Assembly: GCA_000934665.2 (NCBI GenBank)
Contig: JYFJ02003571.1
Location: forward strand, 1 to 40,315
Direction of reading: 5' to 3'
DNA: 40,315 nucleotides
Source: Catajapyx aquilonaris
Lineage: Eukaryota
Positions within the stretch are counted from its first letter, which is position 1. Each line of letters begins with the position of its first letter. A model generated the notes under the pieces. That model did not search any database, was not told the DNA's origin, and was given only the letters and a program-made list of their open reading frames with translations. Below are positions 1-14,000 of the stretch, piece after piece. A program made the translations under genes and the position numbers.

Positions 1-50
1 CAGCGTCCAGCTCCTGCCTCATCAGCCTCTAGCCGCGCCTCCATTCGGTA

Positions 51-91
51 GGGATGGGTGGGTGGGTTGGTTTTGCAGGGTGGGTGTGGGG
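51..91 (+). other. Potential G-quadruplex-forming tract
   Basis: GGGATGGGTGGGTGGG...GGGTGGGTGTGGGG matches the G3+N1-7 x4 pattern. Confidence 0.6.
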
Positions 92-1906
92 AATACGTTG
101 TGGGAGAGAGAGAGAGGTAGAGAGAGTGGGGGAAGGAGAAAGGGGGGGGTATAGAGCATGGGGAAGCATATCACATATGCCGTACTTGCTCACTCTTTTT
201 TTATACCCAGGGGTGTAAGTAAGGAGCCTAACGGTTTTCCATGCACTTAAAGGGTAAGGGAAATGACCACAAGTATCGATTGTAAGTTCTGGAGGGGCAA
301 AATTTACAGCGATGCATTATTAACAGTGTCATATTTCAAAATGGGTTTGGTCCAAATTAAGGCGATAAAATGTAATCGCAGGTATATCAGGCCCGGATTT
401 GCGCCATTAAAATTCGGCCATTACCCGCTAGTAAAAAATGAGCGGAGGACACGAACTCCCTGAGACGATGCAAATGTGCTCCAGAGTGGTCATTTGGTAA
501 TGTCCTCTCCTTTCCTTTTACCCAAATGAGGCATGCACGTCGCTAGACATAAATTGTGCTACGGCGTACTTGTGTGTGCATGATCCCTCCGCCTTTATGT
601 ACAATGCATGGTGCGCCACCGAATTGACAATAAATCAGGAAGAAAACTTGGGGAGAGAGAAAACCCAGGCTGTGCTTTGCACCGCAGGGAAATCCCAAGC
701 CCCGATTACCTGGACTGGAAAGGGGGTTTCATTTAAATGGAAATGAGGGATTTGGTTATCGCACCGTCTCACACTGCGGGTGAAATTTGAAGAAACTTGT
801 AAAAGAAAAGGGTGTGGTTTCGTATATGATGTGAGCAATGCCGCAACGCTGTCTTAGACTTGAACGTAAGAATGAGACGAGTTCTTAAGACGTTCTGAAT
901 ATGCCTTGCTCGCACGTATGTTTTTTTTGGAAAGAAGATGAAACAATGTCTTTGTTGCAGGCATTTCTAGAGGAATCCGCGTCGCTGCACATGTCTTAAT
1001 AACAATTTCCCGTCTGTTAATATTGGAGAAGACGGAGGTTTAGAAGATGCCATGCCGCGTCCTTTGTGTAGTCACATCAGCATACTGGGTTTATACTTTG
1101 TGGGGGTGATATTTCTCGGGCGTGGAGCCATGTCGTGTAATGCTTTTAGAATGCTGACTTGTGCGCCTGGCGTGACACGCTCTTATTTGTAGCGCGGAAG
1201 AGACGCAGGTGGCGTATGTTCCACTGTAATGTGCGCCGCAATTATGTGATCAACTGATCGTTTGTGTCGGGTTAAGAAGAGGGATTTGGACTTATGCATT
1301 TTATATATCCCGAATTGTGGGCGTGACTTGTCGGCTTTGAATTGAACGCTTATGGTAATATGAATAACATCCGACCGCTGATATTTTATTGTGTATATAT
1401 TTTATTTATTTTCCATATCAATTAGAGCGGAATATTGCATTAGCTGCAAAAGTTTTCCGCAGCGGGGGGGTTTTGCGGCATTAATTATTGCAACAAACTA
1501 TTTGGTTTCCCAACTATAGCCCAGGCCACATATTATTAAAATGTTGGACTATAGGGTGGGGTTGGGGGGAGGGTGGACACAAAATAGAACTTGTTGGCGC
1601 ACAACATAATCATAGTTTGAAAAATTCATGAACAATGCTGTGCAATGAAAAGGGCGGTGTGTAGCTGTGGCAATGACATCTTTTCAATATATTGAAGGGC
1701 GATAGCAGCCTATTCAAATCAATAGACTATTAGCATAGCAAATGATGCAACACAAACAAACTAGGTATTTATTGAGTGGCGTGCAATAAATAATTAATTT
1801 AATTACTGTGGAACAAAGTATAATATTTGAAAAGCGTGTAATTTGCCACGAGTGCGGTTTCGGGTGCAGACCCAAGTGGGCTTTACTGCGCTGCAAATGC
1901 TGGCCA

Positions 1907-2050
1907 CCAATCAGAATTAGCGCCCGGATTATAACAGGGGGCACTCCCATTTTTTGCAAATAAATTATTGCAATATATTATCCACCTTGTCATGCAATTG
2001 CCGCGGCCAATCAGGGCCAAAACGTAATATAAAACGCGCTCCGGCCATTT
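1907..2050 (+). promoter_or_regulatory. Candidate promoter or enhancer: two CCAAT boxes plus a TATA-like box
   Basis: CCAATCAG at 1907-1914 and 2007-2014, TATAAAA at 2028-2034, and a GGCCATTT YY1-like motif near 2043. No downstream exon was recognised. Confidence 0.3.
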
Positions 2051-5000
2051 CACGCCGGGCCCCACACAACATTTTCCGCCCTGACAAGTATAATTATAAA
2101 ATAATAAATAACCTGTCCCCCCGTTTTTACCTGCGGTGACATAGTTTTTAATACTTTTGTTGTTCGCATAATGCTGGCTGATTATTTGGATGTTTCGCAT
2201 TAGCCTAAATGAGAAGTGAAGTAATGTGACGCCGTCAAAAAACTTCAATAGTGTTCAGTCTGATGGAAGTGTGCCTGGGATGCTATGCTCTATATACATA
2301 CATTGCAGCAGTGTATAGCAGCTGCATGGTGCTGCCGCTCATGGAAGCGCCCTGTTTACATACCATTAGTTTTGGATGTTCCAATATTTCTTGGGTCATT
2401 TGAAAATCAGTGACAGTGTAACCCCAACCAGCGTATTCATCGCTTTCCGCTCATGATGATGCCATGGCCAGGATGCAATTTTTTGGGAGGTTGGATTTTT
2501 ACTACCCGGAAACATATTAAGGCCGCTAGTTACACGAAATATCACCCACTAGTTTCAACCAACTCTATATATTATTTGCACGCATTATTAGTTCGTGAAA
2601 TCGCGGGAAATGGTTGGTCAAAGTTTCTTAAAACTCTTAGCAGACAACATGGCTTTATGCCATTTTTCTGTTAAAAGTGAACAGTATTAGGCCGATGGAT
2701 ATTGAAATTTTACTTCGACACTTGCATCCTCGGGGAGACCAACTCGTTCGTTTCATGAACAGGCGCCCTCCAGTGGGTGAGAGAAAAGAAGTGCTATTGG
2801 CAGGCAGTATAAAGTATAGAGAGAAACATGGAAACTCCAATATCTCGATAACTGCTTTGCGGTAGATATCAGGGAAATTTTCTGCAGAGTTGCAGTCATA
2901 TTATAAGGGAAGATTAAACTTAGCTTTAGCTGCAAGCCATTCTTGAGTAACCTTTTGCATGGACCTAATTAGTCGTTTCTTCTGTGGGGTAAGCCATAAT
3001 TATGTTTCCTATATTTGGTGTGGGATCCGGTATTTTTTGTAACTTTTGCAGAGATCTAAATAATCATCGTTCTCTGCTTTATCTTCAGCCAATGAAAGCT
3101 CCAAATTATGGGCCTCAGCTCATTTCCCTGGAATAATATACGGATTAAGGAAGTGTTGTTAAGAGGCCATGAAGTTGTAGAAATTTTCAATATTCTATAG
3201 TCTCTTTAGATTTTTATTCGCTTTCAGATTCTTGGCTGAGGGTAGGAATATGTAGCTGATTGGTATTTCCTGCAGGAAAATGAGTTAACTGACTTCAACA
3301 GGTCTAATCTGCTGCGAGTATTTTCCTATAGAAAGTGGCTAGGCATTTAAAGCAATGCGCGCGATTGTCGTGAATATATGCATAAGACTTGTATGTTGAA
3401 TAAGACTAAAAAGTGTGAAAGCTGTGCATGAACATTATGAATAATTGCACGAATACCATAATGTTTGTTCAGTTGGATATAATAAGTTACGTGGTATACT
3501 CGCAAGACTGCTTAAGCAATCTGTGGATTCCAAAATGTAATAATAGTAGGTACTCTATCGACTGTTTTGTTGATGACTTGCATTGTAATGGATCTTAATA
3601 AATAAATGTGTAATTGATTTGTGTTAGGTACTCTAATCTTTGCCACTGTGCTCAATAAATTTAAAGACCTAAAGTATAAATCGTTTGGAGATAGTAGAAT
3701 ACATCGTATATTGCAAAAAGATACTTTAGTAAATGCACTGATGCAATATTGCTATTATTGCTAAATCTGAAGAGAGTAGGGCCTATCTTTATTTATTTTT
3801 CCATCAGCAATAGTTTGTGTTCTAATTTTAGAGTAGGCCTATACAATTAATAGAGATATATTCAAGATACTGTACACTCATAGCTGATTCATTTCAAGCA
3901 CCGCATCACTTGCTCATAATATCATGACAAATACATCATTAGTCTATTAGTGGCACAAGACTTCAATCGACAATGTGTTGGACAGGCACTTGCGCAATAA
4001 AATTATTGTTTCTTTGTTTTCGGATTTTCCTTGAACTGCAATAATAACTTATATACGTATTTTGCTGGTGATATAAATGTTGACGCTGTACTTGTGCCCC
4101 ATTATTATACATTTGCAGAATCCAAGCTCAACCTTTCGTGTCATACTGACTGAAGAAATGTAAATAAAGGGCACTACAGTGATTACGTCTTTTCTAGTTC
4201 ACAATTACACCAAAATAGGTACACAAATTTAATCGCAATCTTGAAGACTACCCAATGCTATTCGGACATGTTTACCACTCCATCACTCGCGTTTTACAAA
4301 AAGCCGGATCGTCTACAACAACATGACATCACCTCTTAAAATGCTAAGGACCCGTTCAAAAATCTCTTCGTTCCGCCTTGGAATTCGGCCCAGTTCCGCC
4401 CATTTTAAAAAGCACTGTGGCCCATTGTTGGCACAAAAATCCCCCGCTGATTGATGGCTTCCTCTGGGTGACTTCACCTCGTCAAGACTGATTGGAAAAG
4501 CTTTAAAAAAAGAAAAGGCTTGAGACGCTCCTTCTGGTGAGAAATGGGCAGTGTTCCCATCCTTTTGTTCCGTGTCCGAGACCACACACATCACAGGCCT
4601 ATGCAGCCGATGAAGCAGAACCGAGCCCACAGGCCTCATCTGTTCCGGGGGACCTCTGCCGGGTCTCCCCTGCCTGTTCCGGGCCGCCCAGCAACCCGTT
4701 GATCCTTACCCTTCTTTCCCCCATGATCAACCCTGCCATTCCTCATTGCCACTTTATTTTTTGCCTACTGTTTGGTTGCAATTTTTTCATGTCAGTCGAC
4801 TGGAGTTGGGTGTTTTTTAAAATAAGGGGTGGCCGTGAAAGGGTTTACGGCCACGTGTTGATTAGGCCGAGAAGGAATGCCGGGGGTCGGGCGATGCACG
4901 TGGACTTGCGACGACGCAAGCCATTTTTAAAACAAGCGTGTATATATCAAATAACGGAAACATATTTAAAACATAGTGTGGGATTGTAAAATAAAAAGAT

Positions 5001-7656
5001 AGCGACTCATCATACGACCAGTCATGCCTTATGGTCTTAGTTCCCTCGTCACCTCTAATAAACAGAACTTGCAACAAGTCCGTTTGTGGTGGTACGTGCT
5101 GGGGAAATAGTAATTTCGCATTTTGAACCAGGCGTTGGTTTGGCAAGAGTGGCAGAAACCCAGCGAATTTTGGGAATAAGCGGGTTAAATAATGTACAGT
5201 GGTGGTGGTTATTCTGTAGCGTATTTTTAATTATTAAAAACGTCTCTATCGAGAGTACATTTTGCTGTGTGTGCGATAACATGATGCAAGCAGGAAGCGT
5301 GATGTAGCTGTCACAATTACGAAAATTTGTGTCCGCTGCCTGGATTTTTGCGAATATCTTTTCCATGTTCGTTGTTGATTTATATTTATGTACCATCCTG
5401 TTTCACAGACTGCAACTGTTTTTGCTGATGTGAATTATTGCATAGTTACAAATTTGCTAACACGGATTTAGTCAGTTTTTTATAAGAATTTGTGACATAC
5501 CCGGTTAAGGTGTTATGAAAATATAAATGCAGGCATACTATTCCATTACATTCGTTAAAAACATTTTTTTCGTACATGATAAGCGGCATCGTGAATTTTC
5601 AATCGAAGAACTGAATTTGCATTTTTGCTTCACAATGTTGTGTTTTATTTGATTTCACTTGTGTCTAACGCGAAGGGAATAATGAAATTATTTTTAGTGC
5701 CAGTAATTTAACAGTAACGCATCTTAAATCACAAAGAGTTTCAAATTCCTCTCGAGTGCACTTAGGCTAATCCTTGGAGCACTGAGGCTGGAGTGTAATC
5801 ATGCCAGGAAAAGTATATCAGTGCGTACCTGCTTTAGCTACCAGCATGGTTAGATCAATATATTTACCTAGTAACTGCATACTTTCGCGCAAGTAATTGC
5901 TCTCAAGCGCCGGTGATTCCGAATTTTGCACTAGAGGAAGGAAACGCAATTTTTACATGCGTGACTGTTGCGATTGACTCACATGCCCCGAGCATGAATT
6001 TCGAGTAATTGCTCGAAAACATAATGTAGGATGGGAACATTCGGCCAGATACCTCAGTAGTATAGTGCGATTAATGTAACTTGGAGTCTATTATTGCTTT
6101 GCTGTTGTAATCTTAAACAGATTAAGCATACGATGAAATATTCAACTGCATAGTACGAGAGATCGTTTGCTATATTATTGAACAAGTTGAAGTAATATTG
6201 TTTCGTGTGCGGCAGATTATTTATTAGTTTAACATTATGTCGCAAACCAACCTGTTATGATACACCTAGAATTGATAAATATATTACCTCGCTACCTTTT
6301 AGAATACATTAGGGAGTACCCCAGTGTACTGCAGGCCTCTCGGGTTTTGAATCCATGGATTTATATAAATGTACCCGTTGAGCTCCATTATCTGCCTTTG
6401 GATGGTCCTGAAAATATTGTCATGTGTCACTGGAGAGCTATTTAAATCTGCATAATTACTGATAACAGGCTTTTCTGCCGTGGATGACTTTTCACTATTG
6501 GCGACATTGTGTGAAGTCGGATTTTTTGGTATGTTTTGTCTTATAACAAGCAGAGGGTCACTTGAAATTTTGGCTACTAAACACGCCAAAAAACTTATTC
6601 GCGAGTTGATAGCATGCACTTTTCATTACTGGCTAATCAATTACATTGCATTTTCATTAATATGAAGTTATTGTAGGCTGCTGCTGCTGCATTTGGTTGC
6701 GAATTATGGTAATGATCATTTTTCACCTTCAGTATCGTGGCTATCAGATACTCAATATGAATAATATATAAGAAGATATGCCAAAATGCACTTGCACGCA
6801 CAGAGCAGTAATGTTACATTGCACCAAAGACAGGCTGATTATAGAGAATGAGGCGATTTAATAATGATACCCCTTCATGGGTCTAAGTTTAATTTGGTTT
6901 CATCTAAATATGCATGGTTGAAGTGATGCTGAGTGTATGCTTGTTAATGATGAGTGCGTCTATGCATAGATTTATTTGTATAAACGGAGAAAGTTGCGTT
7001 AATAGTTACAGTATGTTGATTAATATGTTATAGTTTAATTAAAATGACTAGCCTGCTAAATGTTAACTGGCATTGCTTAATGACTTTTTGCCCAGAAGCC
7101 AGCAAGGATAAAAAGTACAATAATTAATGGGTTATTATTGCACACAATTCAATATGCAGACACGGTATCAAAAACACGTGCTTATGTATAGGCCTAAGGT
7201 TATTTTTCAAACCCCACGTTTCAACCCCAGCATGTTACAGAAATTGAATGTTCTGTCTGTATTGCTGACTTATTTGTAAAAGCGGCGAATAAAAAGGCCT
7301 GTTGTAGGTCTTATACATATAAAATATCATTGATTATAGCATATAGTAGATCCCAAAGATTGATACTAACTACACTCTAAACTAATGTACGAAAGTCGTA
7401 AGACCCTAGAAACAATATTAATTATCCTGTAGCATATGCACTATAATATTAATAAATATCGTCAATGCACAAGTTAGGGTCATGTCTCTCCGGAACTCTC
7501 TCTTGTTCGGTATTAATATAAATACGTATTCTAAGTATGCCGTTAATTTTTATCTATTTCTGCATTTTGTATTGCGGTACCATTTTCTAGCGTTTTTGGG
7601 GTGTAATATGCAAAGAAAATATGCTGGCGTGTTATTATTGAATTATTGAAGTAAAA

Positions 7657-7693
7657 GAGACACAAGTTTTGTGACACAAGTTGAGACACAAGT
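7657..7693. repeat. Short imperfect triplication of GACACAAGT
   Basis: GAGACACAAGT-TTT-GTGACACAAGT-T-GAGACACAAGT read directly. Confidence 0.75.
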
Positions 7694-7936
7694 GGCCGTT
7701 TTGTTCGCATCCGATAAGCGATTATATTGCAATGGGCTGAAACGTCATCGCGATGTAAAGTACAAAATGGGGTAAATTTTTTGGCATCCCCCCCCCCCCC
7801 CTCCCCATACNCCCTTCAGAAGATTATTTTCCTTTAAAGTATGCTAACAGTGAGACCGGTGGTTACCTTTGACCTGATATGTGTCACGCAGGTATGTCTG
7901 GAAAAAAAACAACGTGTTCTCTTGTTCGAAACCTTC

Positions 7937-8000
7937 AAGTTCTTTATAATTGACATAAGTTCTTCATAATTGACAAAAATTCTTTATAATTGACAAAAAT
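7937..8000. repeat. Tandem repeat, 3 x 20 bp (TCTTTATAATTGACAAAAAT)
   Basis: Copies at 7941-7960, 7961-7980 and 7981-8000 differ from each other by 1-3 substitutions. Confidence 0.92.
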
Positions 8001-11000
8001 GTACAAGGCACAGCAGAGAAACCGCAGTATTTTGCAGAACAATACTCTTGCTTTGCTATAAAAACTGGTAGTCCACCCTAATTATCACCCGTCCGGAACC
8101 AGTTTAAGAAAATCACGGTTCGTTCACGCCAGACTCAACGGGTCCATGAGGGATGATGGGAGTGATGGGAAAGAAAAAGCAGCTGGCTTATGAACTACCC
8201 CAGAAATCGCCCATGATAGGATAAAGGAAATTGCAGAAAGTCTGGGATCTGAGGAAAGAGCTCACGTGGAGGCTCAGGGGGCTTCGGAAAGCTTCACCCA
8301 TAAAAGTACGCATTATATTTTTAGAGTAATATTTTGCTATTACACCGGCGGAAGATTGACCTGCAGTTCTGACTCACCAGATATAATTTGTTCATCATGT
8401 GTCTCAATCATTCGGACATTGCGCACAGACTAGTTGACATTTGTGGTCATACTTGATATGCGTGTGTTGTAAAAAGCTAAAATTCTGTTATAAGGGCATT
8501 CTACTGCGTGTCAAAGTTTGTAAGTATACCCGATTTTAACACTACTACTTTGGAATCAATCTTCATAATATGTCAATCACATTGCATTAGCATGCAGCCC
8601 AATGTAATTACGTGCCTATTCAAAATTATACAGAATGTTTACTAGAATATGCTTAAGTAGTCCAATTACGCCAAGCAGAAATTAATTTTACGACCATTGC
8701 CGCAATTAAAACTTTGCTTGGGGCTAGCTTGTTAAGCAATGCTGACTTGTTATCATTTCTGAGTTCGAGATTGACAGTTAGTTTTTGAAATAAGGTGTGT
8801 ATGACTTGGGTTCGTTATGCGATCCGTAACCCAGAATAATTCGCGACCACTCTGAAAATTGGCAGCCTTCCGCCGTAAAAATAATAGCTTCCGGACCTTG
8901 TCTAAATGAATGTTATATATACATGTTAATGCGAATCACGTTTTTTGTAACATTGACAACTTTATAGGCATTATAGACACTTACCACCAATATGACGAGC
9001 ACTTCCACTACCTGCACATAATTTTCAAAGTGTGAGATCCTCGTTTTATTGCTGTACAATATGTTAGGCGCCTGTACATTTTTTTAAAAAATTTGGTCAT
9101 TACCTGTAGGTGTGTATAGGGTTTCGCCTTTACAAAAAATTTTCTTTGGAGGAAAGTGTGAAGGAGAGCCTAGGGAGTGACCGAGAGAAGAAGGACTAAA
9201 CTTGCCTGCGAAATATCTCACATAGGCTTACAAAATATGGCACCACGGTTCATGCTTTGATGGACATGTGTTTTGTGAAATAATAGCTGCGATCTGCCAA
9301 CATGTGGTTATGTTGATGTTTGGGGAAATTCTGTGAAAGTGTTTCGACCAAACGGTACTTACTTTTGAAGCGTGGTAGTATAGGTGGTATTCCAGACACA
9401 CTAATCGCTAATTGACCGTGGGCTGAGTTACCTATTGACTATAGCCTCTCAATCATGGAACGTTTGAGTTCAAATATGCCTGGCATCAACTTTGGAGACA
9501 GTTATTCATGTGTAGGTGAATATTATTCCAGCGAAACATCAAAAAGAATCCAGGCCAAGTTTGAACAATTTTTTAACTCACATGGTTGTAACGACGAAAA
9601 CGAATTGAAGGGGTGAGGTTTAGGGTTGAGAGAGGCTGACGATGATCCTTGAGCGGGTGTTAAAAGGATAAGCTGCTGCATAAATAGGCACATGGAGTGT
9701 GGTGTGGTGAATGGTGGAGAGGAGGGTGCTGGTGAAATATAACAACACTGACGTGTCATGGAAAAAGATTTGCACCGAAGCCCACTAAGAGTCAGGGCAC
9801 TGGATCAACTGGAAAACAATCATTGCTGCACAGAAAGTCGTATAGGTTACTTCACTATCATTCATAGGAAAAATGGTAAGGGAAAGAGTTTGTAATAAAC
9901 GCACTGCGGGTCATTTTTATCCCAGAATTGCTGAATAAAAGTACACCTTTTGTAAGCTCATAATTATACTTGCTCACAGCTCATTGGATTGAAATATCTC
10001 CGAATGATTATCAAAAATCACCTCACTGTTGCTGTCTAGTAAGATATGATAGAAACATTACTATAGCTTGATGCACTGGTTCGTATAGATTACTCATAAC
10101 TTCTCCTGAGATACTAGACCTACGGTACACTTGAATCCAAATCATCCGCTGCTTAATGAGACACCTTACTAGTTAACTTTTTCTCCCAAGAAGCACTGCT
10201 TCATCCAATGAGGTGAAGGCTTTCAAAACTTTCCAAGTCTGAAGTGCTGTAGAAGCCTTATTTTGATTAGTTTTGTCTGCTTTAGACGTGATTAAAATCA
10301 TGGCTGATGTAAGTGAAACTTCAAGTAGACTCTTAGAAATGCTTGTTACACACACTTCTACGAATTTCAACATTAAAATTATAGGAATTATAAATAAGGC
10401 GTAAGAGAGTACTAAGGATGACTTGCCCTGTTTGGTTTGATTATAGTCTATTATTATCGGAGGACACCTAGTAACTCTGCAATGTATCTGTATTCCTACA
10501 GAGAATCTCGGAACTCAATCATGTTCTGTTGTGGAATTTATTTAGGCGGATTTAACCATCGCACTTAAGAACGGACTTCTCTTGCACTCTTCCAGCATTA
10601 GCATGTGCTCTAGCTTTATGAAATACATTGGTTGTAATGCAGGAATGCACCGAATTGAAAATATGAATGTGGCTGAATTCATTTGGGGACATTTTCTTCT
10701 GATGACAATCATGTTGTTCTTTCCTGAACTGGACGGTTTTTTCCTCTCCTAAAATTGAAGTACGAAAGAGGAAACTTATTCATGTTCTGTTCCAACTATG
10801 TATTGATAATCCTGATTGTGAGGCATTGTTACATGTAAAAAATAGTAAGTGAGAACTTGAATAATGCTGCTGCCTAATTTTAGTGCAACAGTATTTATGA
10901 GGAAGCCTAGTCGAAATTATGAAAATGTTCGGGTGATATTTCATATGCAGTATGTTCCCAGCATGTTTTGTGCTCAATCTGCAAGCCATTTTTTTGTCAA

Positions 11001-14000
11001 ACAATGGCATGAAAAAAGAATGGGAACGCGGAACGTAGGAATTTTTATCAAATACCATGCTCTCATTAAAGTCAATTTTGGGGTGGATTAGGTTAATGAT
11101 AAAAATTAACCCGGAAGCTTCGTGTTACTTCAGGAGTTACGAGCCATCAAATGGTTTGTGCGCCATATTTACAAGACAGTATAATTTTGTTTATTTACGA
11201 CTCATAAAAGTGGGACATATTTTCAAATTATTGAGAACAATTTGGCCATATATGTTTATAACATCGCAAAGACAAGCATTAGGCTAAAGTTTCAACTTGA
11301 AAAATCAGAAGTTGGCACTCTCAGAACTAGGTATGTAAATGACAAGGATTTTAGAACAAAATTATCCTGGCGCTCTGCAACCATCGTTGCACCTTTTACC
11401 CCTTTTGGAAAATATCCTGACGGGCAGACTTCCCTCCTGGCAGATGGAGCAGGGTGGTTGCGCCCATTCTCAGGATATTTTCTCTCTGCCGTCTCTCTTC
11501 ATCCATTACTTTCCGGGGGGCTTGACATCATGAAAACCTGCAGGCGCCAGATTAATGGCTTCACATTACTCGATCTTCATAAGGGGAATACTTTAGTGAC
11601 TCGGACCCCCTACACTTTGTCATGCTGGAAGATGACCAAACTGCTTCCAGGATCATTTGCATCTTTGCGCATTAGTGAGGGAAGGAGACGACTTCGTGTT
11701 GGCTTACTTGACACGACGGGGGCTCCAAATGAGAGATAATGCTAATTACGACGCTAATTATGAAATCACTGCCTTCCACATTTGAAAACAATTAACAAAG
11801 TGAATGCAGATTTAACGTTGCCTGAATTTGTCTTTGGATTTTAGTTTTGGAATAAGGCGGGTTATTTAAACGACATTTTGTCATCCGACCGAATTCTTTG
11901 ATGCGATTATTGTTATGTGATTAAAGTACCTTACATCAACATTACAGCAACGTGTCTAATAATTATTTTTATTTTCTTACAATCTTGTGTAATTTTGTGA
12001 TGTGCAGGTAGTTCTGTAATCAGAAACTTCAGCCTTTGTCACGTAAATGTTTAATGTAATTATTTTATAAAATAATTATTATTAATATCTGACCCTTGCA
12101 TCTGCATTGCAGTTATTGGCGCAACTATATGCATCACGCATGATGAATTTTTGATTAGTATAGTTATTATAATTAAATTATCTGCACTGCTACGTGACCA
12201 GAACCTCCCGCGCATATCCATTAGTTAACAACATATAATTATTCTACACTATATTTAAATCCACGTTAGTTTATTTAATATGTAGCGAGACTGAAAATAA
12301 CATAAACAGGCATCCATGCATTATGTATTAATATTGCCAGCAGCAGCAGGCGTAGCTGTTACATACTGCAAATGATGAACATAATATTATGACAATGGCG
12401 TCACATTTAAATTGTATTAGATTTAAAACATATGTGATAGTGAATGACCACTGCTGATGCACTATCTGGTTGTGGTAGCGTACCACTGGACCAGGTTATA
12501 ATTATATATTATAATTTGCCACCAAATGACGCTGGGTGAATGAAGCCCTCACAACTCGACGAGAGGGATAACAAGAGTCACGATATTGCACAATTATAAT
12601 AATTACATGTTGCTATTTTTTATATGAAGTGGGTATAGAGTACTATACTATATATAATATTTACTATGCAGAATATTTTCCCGACTAACATGGCCACTGG
12701 TTGGCACTCTGCTTGTTTTGTAACAGTTACTTTTCGCAGTTGCTTTTAATGGTTATCAAATGTATTAGCTAGCAATTTTAGTCCGAACTGAACCATCAAC
12801 AAATAGCTACATTAGTCGGACAGGTATTTTGTATCACTCTCTATATAAGTTATTGTTTTTGTGCAGTGCTTCTGTATCAATACATGTGTCTGGGCCTAAA
12901 TCGCACCAACCTTTATTTGTCGACAAACATTGTCAACCTTCATTTTCTCATGGTGTGTATGTGAATGGGTTGTGAGAAGATGACCAAAGGTACAAGTCCT
13001 TTGAAACCACTGACCCTGGGAAGGCAAATAGTACGCGTTTATCCTGGTAGAAAAGCATATAAGGGCCTAGTTGACCAGTAGGTGCGTGTGGCAAAGTCCT
13101 GCCATCGACCCATGACCTCTTGTGTTTGTCTGGCCAACGGATTAGCCTGAAGACCTCTTGCGACCTCGGTTTGTCAATAGCAGGATTCTTGTTGAGTTCG
13201 TCCCACCAAATATATCTTCAAGAATTTTTCAACAATTACTTATGCAATTACACCACAAACTCCATATTCATAGAATCCGCAAACGAACGTGACTTCTCAA
13301 CTGTTTCTGTTTTTTCACCTCTTCACCAAACCAACTTCTCTCTCCCCCTTTCACCCAATCTGTATCACCCCCTTAATGCAATCATTAACCTGAAACTGAA
13401 CGTAAATAAGTAATTATTCCATTTGAGACGTATCCGAGATCAAAGTGAGCGCCTCGTATTTGTAAGAACCTAGAGGGAAGTGGTGTCTTAATAAATGAGA
13501 AGAGAGCAGCATCTGCGAGTAATTCAACTCTCTTCGTCCAGGCGGCGCCAACATCTCCTCTAGCAGCCTCCAAGAGCCAGCGCAGATTTCGCTTTTTCTC
13601 TCCGCAAGCTGGCAGGGACTGGAAGGAAAAGGGGGAGAAGCTAATGGGAGGGTCCTGAAGTCCCCCCCCCCCCCCCCNCCCCCCCCCCCTAAAAAAAAAA
13701 TTCCAAAAAAACCTGGCGGAAGAAGCAGTGGAGCGCAACCCGATCAATCTCATAACGAGTAGCCTGCAATATGCTTGCACAGCTCTGGAGGAACATTCAT
13801 TAAGATTAAATTAATTAGGAGCCAGGCGAAATGCGGAGCAGGGACTAAGTGACAGCCTATATATAGGTGTGCAGTGACGAAATAAGGCCATGTAAGAATA
13901 TATCCAGGGGGCTTGGTATAGAGAGGAGGGGGGGTAGATGAAACTCGCCAGAAGAGAGGACCTTTAATGCGCAAAAACCTGCCGCCTTTGTGCCAGCCCT

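Noticed and set aside
1..53. Possible exon end (open frames, then CG|GTAGGG donor-like site)
   Set aside because: Only ~47 bp is visible at the window edge, the donor is weak and the peptide is unrecognisable.
7937..8000. 20-bp repeat as a CRISPR-like array
   Set aside because: The copies are contiguous with no spacers and there are no cas genes; it is a simple tandem repeat.
8060..8310. Coding-looking stretch (MRDDGSDGKEK...DRIKEIAESLGSEE)
   Set aside because: It has an in-frame stop and matches no family I recognise.
9960..10400. Possible hAT transposase relic (AHS at 9972; PMR* resembling PTRW at 10205; AVEAL..VLSALD)
   Set aside because: The motifs are too short and degenerate to support a call without a profile search.
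11242..11739. Longest ORF (165 aa) as a gene
   Set aside because: Non-ATG start, no recognisable domain, and it spans an AT-to-GC composition boundary; a length like this can arise by chance.
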